Source of the DNA: Torpedo marmorata
Lineage: Eukaryota
DNA: 64,000 nt
Direction of reading: 5' to 3'
Assembly (NCBI GenBank): GCA_977017645.1
Contig: OZ360241.1
Coordinates: forward strand, 73,470,001 to 73,534,000
The notes under the pieces are model-generated. The model did not search any database. It had not been told where the DNA came from and saw only the letters and a program-made list of their open reading frames with translations. Below are positions 25,201-37,200 of the stretch, in pieces (the first letter of the stretch is position 1; each line of letters begins with the position of its first letter). A program made the translations under genes and the position numbers.

Positions 25201-28200
25201 TGTTTCCTGATCAAACAGTGAGAAGCTGGAGGGACTCAGCAGGTCAGGCAACATCCATGGAGAGAACTCGACAGTCGAAGTTCCGAGATGTGTTCTGTTT
25301 CGAGTGTGTGAGTCTCAAAAGAAGGACTCTGACCCGAAATGTTGATTGCCCATTTCTGTTGATGGAATTGATCTGACCCACTGAACCCACTGAACCCTCT
25401 GAACCCACTGAACCCACTGAACCCTCTGAACCCACTGAACCCTCTGAACCCTCTGAACCCACTGAACCCTCTGAACCCACTGAACCCACTGAACCCACTG
25501 AACCCACTGAACCCTCTGAACCCTCTGAACCCACGGAACCCACTGAACCCACTGAACCCACTGAACCCTCTGAACCCTCTGAACCCTCTGAACCCTCTGA
25601 ACCCACTGAACCCACTGAACCCACTGAACCCACTGAACCCACCAGATTCTCTTTGCTTCCTCAACATTCCAGCATTTGCATTTTCTTGTGTCTCTCTGGT
25701 TGCTTTACAATTTTGAGGTTAGAGGAAGTGCTGAGAAATGCAAAGCTTTAATTAAGTGAATTTCTCTTTGATACTCCTCGTGCTGTGGTTCGATAAGTTT
25801 CACTGCGCTGAAGGTGATAAATAAATGTTATTTTTGTTGAAGAGCTCAGCCAATGGAATGTAAAGCTGCTTGTAGTCTCCAGAACATAGTACAGGATGTC
25901 CCTGGGTTTCAGAAGACCTGCCTTATGGGAATCTGACCATTTGCAAATTCTCCCCATCTTTGCTCTCGGGTACACTACTCAAATCCCTTCGTCAGGAAAC
26001 CATGCAAGGTAAGGTCAAAAGGTCAAACCCACGCCACCTCTCACCAGTGCACTCTTATTAAACCACTGATAGTCTTCTCACTGATTAGCACATCAGTCCC
26101 CCGTTCTCCCCCCCCACCCTCTCACTCCACCTGGGCTGCATTCAGACAAACATCTACCCATGTGCACACCGACCTTCCCCAGTCTGCTCTTTGCAGGTCA
26201 GTCACTGTGGAGGCTAAAGATTTGTCCCACTAAATACAGGTTATGGATAGTTCTGAAGAATGGAACCCATTCATAATCCAGGTTCCCCAGTACTTTATCC
26301 TCAACTTTAGTGTGGAATTCTCTACAAATCTCCAGTCTCAACAGATGGCCTATTTGAATCTCTAATTCCAGTCGAAAGCCCTGTATGAGATGTATGATAT
26401 TTCTGTTACCCACTCCTTAAAGGATGAGAATAGAGGAAAACCATGAGAATGAGGGATTNNNNNNNNNNNNNNNNNNNNNNNNNNNNNNNNNNNNNNNNNN
26501 NNNNNNNNNNNNNNNNNNNNNNNNNNNNNNNNNNNNNNNNNNNNNNNNNNNNNNNNNNNNNNNNNNNNNNNNNNNNNNNNNNNNNNNNNNNNNNNNNNNN
26601 NNNNNNNNNNNNNNNNNNGAGTGTGTGTGCATGAATGTGTCTTTGTGTGTGAATGTGCGTGTGTATGTGTGCGTGTGCATGTGCGTGGGTAAGCGTGTGT
26701 GTGGGTGAGGTTGGGAGGGGGCAGATGGGAGATTAATTATAACATTCAGTGAGATGTTCCCTATAAGTCAGCAAGTCAGATCACTCTAGTAAAAACACAA
26801 TGATGGAGAAACTCAGCAGGTCAAACAGTGTACTTTATATAGCAAAGATAAAGATACAAAACCAACGTTTCGGGCTTGAGCCCTTCATCAAGGTAAGTCA
26901 GATCACTCACCGCTTCTGGAATGTCCAGGACACCCAGGATGAAGAATACATATTTATTACCCTCCTCGAGTGGCTTGTTTTCAAACCCACCATAAAACCG
27001 CTGGTCGCCAAGAATGAACTCCTGCGGGAGAAGATCAAAGCGACCTGCGATGTAGGGCTTGGTGTGGCCCAGTTGCCGGCGGGGACGGAGGCTTCTCCGC
27101 CGGCGACGCATCAGGTCCTGGAGGAGCTGGAATGTAGAGAGAAGAATTTATTTGAACAAGTCATTCCTGGCCCAGTCACCAAGTTCCAGCAGTTCCACGG
27201 GGAGAGGTTCAACATCTGAGAGCGATGCAACCAAATGCACAGAGACCAGCCAGGTGAAGCTCAGTGAACAGGAGCTCAGTGTTACATGCGTTGCCAGAGT
27301 GCTGTGAACTCTTTCCTGGGTCACGCCATATCTTCCTGTCCCACCTCTCTTCTCAGTGCAGGGGCAGCTGGGCCACGGACATGCCGCAGAATGAGCACAG
27401 TGCTGGTTAATGACCACAGGCCACACTGAGCATAGAAAGGCAGTATGGTGTTTATTCCATACAAACATAAGAGCATAAGAAATGGGAGCCGGAGTTGGCC
27501 ATCTGTCCCATCGAGCCTGCTCCGCCATAACAAGATAATGACTGATCTGGCCACGAACTCAGCTCTACTTATCCGCCTGTTCCCCATAATTCCCCTATTA
27601 TTCAAAATCTATCTAACTGTGTCTCAGATATATTTAATGAGGCAGCCTCGACTGCTTCCTCGGGTAGAGAATTTCACAGATTCATTGGGAAAAGCAGTTC
27701 CTCTCATCTCCATCCTAAATCTACTCTCCCAAATCCTGAGGCTATGTCTCCTAGTTCTCGCCAGTGAAAACAACTTTCCTGTCTCTATCTTATCTATCCC
27801 TTTGATAATTTTATGTTTTGACAAGATCCCCTTTCTTTCTTCAGGATGGGAATGGAACTAGCAATGGGAGAGAGAGTAGTTGGAATGTGGAACACAACTG
27901 CCTGAGTCGGTGGTGGAGGCAGGTAAATTAGCACTTGAATTGTCAAGACATAGAAGGCAACAGACCAAAAGCTAGTAAATAGCATTAATGTAAATTGTAC
28001 TTGATGATCAGCATGAAAGTGTTGGGCTGAAGGGCCTGTTTCTGTGCTTTATGACTCTGTGACTGATCCCCTCCCTGGGTGAAATAACGCTCCAAGTAGG
28101 ATTCTTCAGGATAGGAAGGGAGAGACAGGAAGGAAGAAAAAAGGTGAAGCATTTGTGTGGGAGGCACGGTTAGTGTAGCGGTTAGTGCAACGTTATTACA

Positions 28201-31200
28201 GCGCCAGCGACCCAGGTTCAAATCCGGCGCTGACTGTAATGAGTATGTACGATCTCCCTGTGTTTGCGTGGGTTTTCCCCGGGTGCTCCGGTTTCCTCCC
28301 ACCCTCCAAAACATACAGGGTTGTAGGTTAATTGGGTGTAACTGGGCGGCACGGGTTTAAATGGCTGGAATCGGCTCCTGCTGCAAAAAAAACCATTAAT
28401 TGATGGTGAAAGGAATGGTGTGCCTACGTACCTCTTCCAGATCCATCTCGTCTGGACTGTGCCACGTGTTGATGAACTTGCCGCGAGATTTCTTCAGTGG
28501 AACCACGATGATGTAATAGGCTCTGAAACACAAGGGGTAAAGCATGTTCTCCTGACAATCTCAGCAACAAAGAGCACGGGCCACATGGAGCACAGAAAGG
28601 CATTGTGCAGCAGGCACAAGGGGATGAATCAAGGTGTGTGTCTCCAGAGCGCGAGAACCTTGCAGTGCCAGTGCCCTCCAATGGAATGGGTTTCTTTCTA
28701 TGTGCAGGTTTCACCCCAAGGACGGAGCAGGTCCAGGGTTTCACCAATCAAAAATGGACAGGAAGCATGACTCGATGAGTAGAAGTCCTCTTACAGCAGA
28801 TATCCCTCCACATCTGACTAGGACCAGGAAGGTCTAAGTTTGATGGTAGACTTGTGTGCAATGGATTGACCTTATATGTAGCAGAAGATGGCTGTGTTTC
28901 ATTTCAGTCCCCCTGGGGCAAGATGGTGGTGGCGGCAAGGGGTTTGATGGGTGAACACTAATGAGAATGGTGGCCATTGGTTGCTGTCTTGTTGCCCGAA
29001 TGGAAAGCTGGCAACACAGGGGTGGACACTCAGAACCAAAGAGAGAGGAAATAAAAAGATATAAAGGATGGAGAAAAAATAAGATGGTTTAATTAAACAC
29101 TTGCTTTGAAGCTAAATCAACAATTAGTATTGTATGGTTAGTGTAGTGGTTAGTGTAACACTATTACAGTGCCTGCAACCCGGGTTCGAATCTGCCGCTG
29201 TGTGTAAGGAGTTTGTACGTTCTCCCCATGACACTGTGGGCTTCCTCTGGGACTCCGGTTTCCTCCCACGCACCAAGGACTTATGAGGTTAGTCGGTTAA
29301 TTGGTCACATGGATGTATTTGGGCGGCATGGGCTCGTGGGCTGGAAGGTCCTGTTACTATGCTCTGTCTCTAAATTTAAAAATTGTAAAAATCCCAGCCC
29401 CTTGATTAACAGAGAGAATGTGAGAGAATCTAAATGTTTTATGTTAGGTAATTTCTTACATGACTGGCGTCACCGACTCCACCTCCGGCATCCGGACCAA
29501 TAGGGTCCCGTCAGGTTCCACCTTCTTGATGAAGTACGGCTTGGTGCCCAGGATGGAGGGGGCAGTGCGGGCTGACACCGTTTGCTGCAAGCCCCCTACC
29601 GTGTTGCCGCGGTTGGTCAGCACGAACGAGTACTCCTTGTCTGGTTCAAGGTTGGTGATCAGCTTCTTGGTGGCTCGCCCATCCACCTCGACCACAGACT
29701 GGCCGTTTTTATACTGGATCTAGGCACAAACAGAGGGGACGAGGAGAGAAGCAGTGGCTGAGATTACGGTGATTTGAACCCAACAATACTGAATGAGTAC
29801 AGAACTGTACCCCTGCTAAAGTAGTCACATTGTGAGATGTAATTAACAAAAGACAATTGATTTTACATAGCTTATCTAGTTTAATTCCATATTTTACATG
29901 TAGTTGCAATAGTTTCTCTTCTGGAATTATGCTACACTTTGTTGCTCTCTCATCATGTTTGAGATTTAAAGGTTCAAGCCCTCTCCAGAAATTCCAGCAC
30001 ATCATTCAGGCTAATGCTTAAAGATAGTAGTTAACAGACTCTCCATGACGGTGATGAGAATTTATTGTCCTCCTGCCCGCCGCACGCCGAGGCTCAGGCT
30101 GCTTCCCCCCCACCGTCCAAACGCGAATTGATTGACAGGTGTGTCGGGACCTGTGGGCGCGCGAGGGTGGGAGGGAGAGAAGCCAGGACAACGGGCAGGG
30201 CCCAGGCCCACCATCGCGGGGAGCAGACAATTGATCGCTTGCTTTGAGGGGAGCGCTGGGCCTCGGTGATCAGGCTCCACGCTGAGCCTTTGTTCGACTC
30301 GCACGGCCCCCCGAACAGATTGAATGAGGCGCGGGGGCGGGTGGCAGTGAGCGAGCTGGCGGCCTGTTGAGCTGAGCTTGACAGGCCACTCGCTCACTGC
30401 CACCCGCCCCCACGCCTCAATCCGTGCTCGTCGAACAAAGCCTGATCATCGAGGCCCAGCGCTCCCCTCAAAGCAATGTTGGTGAGAGCGAATGGGCGGG
30501 GAGAGAACGGGCGAGGGCAAGCGAGCGGGCGGCCGGGGAGAGAGCGAGTGAGCGGGCGGGGCGAGCAAACGGGCAGGGAGAGAGCGGGCGGGGAGTGCGA
30601 ACGGGCGGGGAGAGCGAATGGGCGGGGAGAGAGCGGGCGGGAAGGAGGGAGAGAGCGAGCCTTCTTACCGGGGGAAGTGAGCGGCGGTGGCGGCGACTCT
30701 GGAAAGCACGGGCCACCCAAGGGAAGGTGGTCCGCGAAGCTGCGGGCCCGCTTCCTGGACTCCACTCGGTGCCCAAAATGGCGGCACCAAAATGGCGACA
30801 CCAAAATGTCACCCTCGCGTATAAGACCCGGGGTGGATTTTGAGGCGATTTTTTGGGAAAAAAAGGGGGGTCTTATATGCCGTCAAATATGGTACACAAG
30901 TACAATGAACAGATGCACCCAAATTCTTACTGTTGCTGCCACACAATATACCAAGACAGAAAAAGGTATAATAAATCTTAAAGGATAGATAAATGAACAT
31001 TTATAATTGCAGTTGGTGAAAGAAAAAAAAGGCAACTTTTCAATATTGCAGACAGATCTTTGATGGTCCTGGTGTAGTTTATGGTTGGGGTTTGGGTAGC
31101 AAGGGGAGGTTAAACAACCTTATAGCTGTTGGAATAAAAAAAAACTGTTCTTGAACCTGGAGGTGAGGGACTTCAAGATTCTGTAGCTTCTTGTTAATTT

Positions 31201-34200
31201 TTGTACTAGGTGCAAGAACTTCCAACAGTTTGGATGAATCTTAACAAGATAATATTCTGACAGCTTGTTCAATTACAAACAGTGGTGGTAATAGAAGGCA
31301 CAGTATAAATCAGGAATTAGAGGTGCATTTGACTGTGACTGACAACATGAATTTAATCTACACACAGACTTTGCAAACCAAATTAGCAGTAATAATTTTT
31401 AAATTTTAAATTAAATTTTTTTTAGAGATAAAGCACAGTAACTGGCCATTCGGGCTCACGAGACTGTGTCGCCCAAATACACCAATTAACCTACAAACCA
31501 CACATAATTTTGGAGGGCGGGAGGAAACCAGAGCACCCAGAGGAAACACACGTAGACACGGGGAGAACATACACACTCCACACAGACAGCGCCGGATTCG
31601 AACATGGGTCGCTGGCGCTGAAACAGCATCGATCTGACCATGCTGCCCTTTATGTGGGGGATGAATTGATGGAGATCGTTTTTTGATCAATGCATAGAGA
31701 AACTAATGTGAGACAGGCTATTTTACATTTAGTATGGTGTAATATGGAATTAGTAGTAATCATAAAGTTAAAAGGCCTTTAGGAATGTGTGATCACAATC
31801 TGATAGATTTTATATTAAGATAAAGTGATTTCATTCAATCTGCAACCAGGTGTTAAATCTAAACAAACCAAACTGTGAAGATATGAGACTTGGGTTGGCA
31901 ATGGTAGATGGGAAAATGCAGGAAAAGGCATGACAGTGGACAAACAATAACTAAGTTTTAAAGAATTAACATATAGTTTACAACAAATATGTATCTTTTT
32001 CAGGAGCAAAAATCCAATAGAAATATGAAGTAACCATATTGAACCAGAGAAGTTAATGATAGTATTAGATCATGGGAAAAGGCTTCAAACATTGACAAAA
32101 AGTGACCCCTCAGATGTGCCCTGCCATTCGCTTTGATCATGGCTGATCTGCCATTGGCCTCATCTCCTCTTCTGTGCCTGATCCCCATTGACCTCAATTC
32201 CCCAATCTTTCAAAAATGTGTCCATTTCCCCTTGGGTAGAGAATTCCAGAGATTCACCACCTTCCTGAGAAGAGGAAGGGGAAAATTGCAGAATTCGGAA
32301 GAGGAGCATCAAGATCAGAGAAGGGAAGGTAGAATATGAGACCAATCTATCACAAAACAGAAAAGCAGATGGTAAAAGCTTCTCTAGATGCGCTAAAAGG
32401 AAAAAATTAGCAAGAGGTTAATGTGGATGCATTTACAGACTGAGACAGGAGAAATTATGTAAGTGAATAAAGAGATTAAATTAATATTTTATGCCAGTCT
32501 TGAAAATAGTACTGAACTACACACCAAGAGAGAACGAGAAGCTAAAAGAAATTAGCATCATTTAAAAAAAAGTATTGGAGGAATTAATGGGGTTGAAAAC
32601 AAATAAATCGCCAGGTTTTGAAAGAAATGGCAAAGGAAATAGAGGATGCATTAGCTGACATCTTCTAAAACTTTTTTCACAAATTGTAACTTAGCAAATA
32701 TTAATCCTTGATTTAAAAGTCTAAGGAAGGAGTACGAGAGAATATGGGGAACCTTAGCCAATCAGCCTGACATCAGTAGTAAGGAAAATGTGAGAATCTA
32801 TTACTAAGCAAGAGGTAATGGGGCACTTAGAAAAGAATGATATGAGTGTGCAAAGTCAATACAAATTGATGAAAGAGAAATCATGTTTATAAAGCCTGTG
32901 AGAGTTTGATGAGATAGAGGAGCAGGAAGTAGTGTTCACAGTTCGTGGCAATAATTTAGATAAGGGTGTCAGGTGTAACATATCCAGGTTAGCCAATGCC
33001 ATAAAGCTGAGTGGCAGTGTGAGTTGTGAGGAGGATATGGGAAGACTGCAAGGGGATCGTGACAGGCAAAAGGAATGGTGAGGACATGCCAAATGCAATA
33101 CAATATACTTTAAAAGGTGTTGGTGTTCAGAGGGAGCTTCGGTAGTTATTCCACAAGTGCAACACACAATTGCAATGAAACGAGTCCCTTGTGAGACTCT
33201 GCCTTTAATATTGAAACATCATTTTCTTTTTGCACTATTTATCTATCCTTTGATATTGATGATCTATTTTTCCTGTCTCATGGCATATGTGGTAATTTAA
33301 TTTATACTGTTGCAGTTGGTGTATCTTACCTGTGTGGTTGCAGCAGTAAGAATTTTGGAGCATCTGTACATTGTACACGAGTATATGACAATAAACTCTC
33401 ATACATAATAAGGTAGGATGTACTTGAAAATAGAAAAAGAGTGGAATGAAGATTCAGCAAATGTGCGGCTGAAATGAGGGGTTTGTCCTGTGAGGAGAGA
33501 TCGATCTCTTCCCACTGGAGCTGAGAAGAATGAAAGGCGATTGCATTGAAAGAGTTAGATAGAGCTCTTAAAGATAGCGGAGTCAAGGGATATGGGGAGA
33601 AGGCAGGAACGGGGTACTGATAGTGGATGATTAGCCATGATCACAGTGGCTTGATGGGCCGAATGGCCTACTCCTGCACCTATTGTCTATTGAAACTTAC
33701 AAAATTCTTACTGGGCCTCAGTGTGGATGTAAGGATAATGTTTTCACTGGGCCATGAGGATAGCTCCAGAGGGTTGTGTGGGTTTCGGTTGCCAAGTGTG
33801 TTAAAGAAAGAATTCAATAGAATTCTGGAAGTTAAAGGAATTAATGGCCATGGGGCAGGTAATGGGAAAGTGGAACTAAGGTAAAAGGTCAGCTGTGGCT
33901 TCAATGAATGGCTGGAATGGCCTAGTCCTACTTCAGTTTCTTAGATTCTTCTGTTCTTTCAAAGGAAGCCTGTCCAATTATTTAACACACTTTGGAGGTG
34001 CTCTACTATGACTTAGGACTTGAATTATTAAGGAACTGCTCACACTAACCATCTGAGACTCTCATATTTAGAAACAATATTTATTTATTTATTTGTATAT
34101 ACAAATACTTGTCCTGCATATGTATTGTTTGTCCATATGTGTGTAATGTCTGGTTGTGTCTGCGTGTTTTGCACCGAGGACCGGAGAACGCTGTTTCGTC

Positions 34201-37200
34201 GGGTTGTACTTGTGCAATCAGATGATTTGACTTGAACCGTGCATGTTTGAATTTCCAGTGTGTGCTTTCACCAGAGAGGACTCCACAATCCAATAAATTG
34301 GAGAAATTTATTTATGAGGAAAGATTGAACAGGCTGAGTCACCTTTTGAAACAAATAGGGCTGAGAGAATACTTAAAACTAGGAGAGGTGGAGATAGACT
34401 AGAAAATACCTCTTTCCCTCTGCAAAGTTAATAGCCAAGGGAACACATGTAATCCATTTGCAGAAGGATCGGAGGGGAATTTAAGAAAAAGTTCTTCACT
34501 CAAAAGATGCTGGTTGCCTACAACCCACTGATGAAAGGATGGAGGAGGGAGAAACATTCATCTTATTTAAAACCTGTCAACGTTAAACTAATGTGCTGAA
34601 ACTCTCAAGATTACAGGAAGTAAAACTGAATAGCTCCATTTTTGGGGGATAGGGACGCAATGAGTCTCGGTCTCCATGTGAGGCATGGTCACCAAAAGTA
34701 AAGGAAAGAATTGCTTGGTTTAATGGAATGAGAGGGAGCCCCAGTGAGTACAGTGATCGAAGATTTGAGTTACAAACCACAAGTGATCTTACTGAAAAAT
34801 ATAACATTCTGGATGATTTGACAAGGAAGACACTGAGGGACTGCTGACCCCGATAGGGAAATCTAGAACAGGCGTTTGGGAGTGAGGAGAAGAGATATTT
34901 CTCCATTTAGTGCATTGCGAATCTTTCAAATCTTTACCAGAGGACTCATGCTTGATTAACAAGGATACTCAATCCTGAGACGAATAGGATTTTGGATACT
35001 AAGGGTGTCAAGAGACATGAGGATTGGATAGAAAATTGAAACATAGGTAATTGGCCATGATCTTATTGAATGATGGAGCACTCTTAATGGGCTTGAATTA
35101 CTTCCTCCTGTTTCTCTGTCTTCTAATCTTCGTTCAATATCATATGACAGACAGAGCGAGATTACAAGGTTGCATTTGAAAGCAAATAACAATTGCTCAT
35201 TGCAAATTACACACGAGGGTGCCACTCAGACAGATAAAAAGGCAGACGGTGTCTCCTTATGAAGAGTGAGTGATTCCCCACTGATTGTGAGTTTTTACAC
35301 TGGAACAAGATCAAATTAAGATATAACAGATTCCAGTAAGAAGCTTAATCCTTTTCAGGTGTATTTTCTGTTACAAACTATACCAAAGAAGTGTAATGCC
35401 AACAAAGAATACGTAATCATTAATTCAATAGATTTTTTTAACCCGGTTTTGCTCAGCAACCTAACTCATCCAGGATAAAAATGTTGAACCATCTTTGAAC
35501 CATCCACTAATGGGAACATTTCTCTCTAATTACTCTATCTAAACCAGTCACAACTTTGCACAGCTCTGTCAAATCTCCTGAGAACCCCAGCTTTTCACTA
35601 GCATCGGTGAAATCCTTCAGCTGTTCTGGCAGATCTTTCCTGCCCCTATTCTCGGAACCACACCTCCTTTCTGAAGTGTGGCTGGTCGTAACTGGATACA
35701 TTCTTCACTGACCTAATCAGTGTTTTGTACTGGCCAAAACACTGCCACTTGTCAGACAGTGTATGTATTTATTCTTGCAGATCCTTCCTATTCTCCTCAC
35801 TGTTCACCACACTTCCAAATTTTGTCTCATCAATAAACTACAAAACTTAATCCTGAACATCCATGTTATTAATAGATATAAAACCAATGGGCCCCAGAGA
35901 GTCCTGTCTGAAAAACCAGCTGTTAAACCCATTCTCATTTTTCTCTCTTTGAAACAACTTGCCATGCATGTCCCTATATTAAATCAATGGAACCTTAATT
36001 TGGTATCTGGCATCTAATGTGGGACTTTATCAAATGCCTGAAATTATCCTTCTCTATTATCAAAATAAAAATCAATCAGTTCAGTCAAACACATTTTGCT
36101 TTTAATAAATGCTAGCTGATTCCCCTTTACCATCTGAAAATTTTTAAAGTGCATTTTCCCTGATTAAGTCTTCAACAAGCTTTCCCACAACCAAATAACT
36201 GTTGCTGTCCAACATGCTCTTGCACCATGTGTTACATTTGAGATGTTACCGATAAGATATGAATCAGATTACCTTTGATTCAGAAGATTATTGGTTCAAA
36301 TGCCACTCCAGAATCTGAATGGCTGATGTAAACTACCACTTTACTTCAGTATGGAATGCTGGAATGTTAGGAATATTTTTAAATTGAAATTCTAAATAGG
36401 TTAATTTGCTGTTGAAGTTCATGCTTAAGTCCTTGAGGCCAGAACTTCATAGAGTAACAGGAAGTCTGACCCGTGTCAGAAATCAGGTCTCAACCCAACC
36501 TAACTTGGTCATTCACCTGGCTGAGGAAAGATGGCTATCATAGAACATAGAAGCATGAATGGACCATCCTATCCTTCAAGCTACTTCTGCCATTCAAGCT
36601 GTTCCATTTCTCAGTCCTGTTTACCCAATAAAAACTCTTACCTAATACCCAATAAATATCCACTGATTTCAACACTTAAAATTTCACTTATCCAGTTCCA
36701 TATCCTTTGAGGACTTTCCTGGGACATCAATTACTGTCTGTAAATTGCTTTGTATTCATTCCAAGAGATAGGATACTGCAATATATGTGCAAATCTTTCT
36801 TTCCCAAGTTTCTTCATTGTCCTGGAACTTGCTGCTATTTCTCCACACGAGTGCAAGGAACTGCAGAGTTCCCAAACTTTTTGCTATTTCTCAGCAATTT
36901 CCTGTGTTTTAGCATTAGATTCAAGATTCAATTTATTGTCATGCAATAAAACAGTGTCATATTACACGAAATTGCTTTTGCCTGCTGTAAGGCAGACAGA
37001 TTCGCCATCGGCAGAAATTGCCTGAAGCGCCTCTTACAGTCAGAGAAAGAGAAGCAAAAGAGAGTCCCCCCCAGTCACCCAGTGTCCGTAGATTCGCTTC
37101 CACAGCCTCCGCAGCCACAAAGAGTCCAGTCCAAACTAATGGCAACCCGAGCTCCAGATCCGAACCTCCGACACGGTCAGGAACCCTTCAGCGCCTTCGG

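Noticed and set aside
25236-25667. (FSG/FRG)n and (SVG/SEG)n repeat proteins
   Set aside because: Translation artefact of a stop-free 9-bp repeat, with no exon context.
28160-28230. tRNA genes at SINE heads (also 15124, 24290, 29135, 47230)
   Set aside because: Only A/B-box-like remnants running into the SINE body; no complete cloverleaf.
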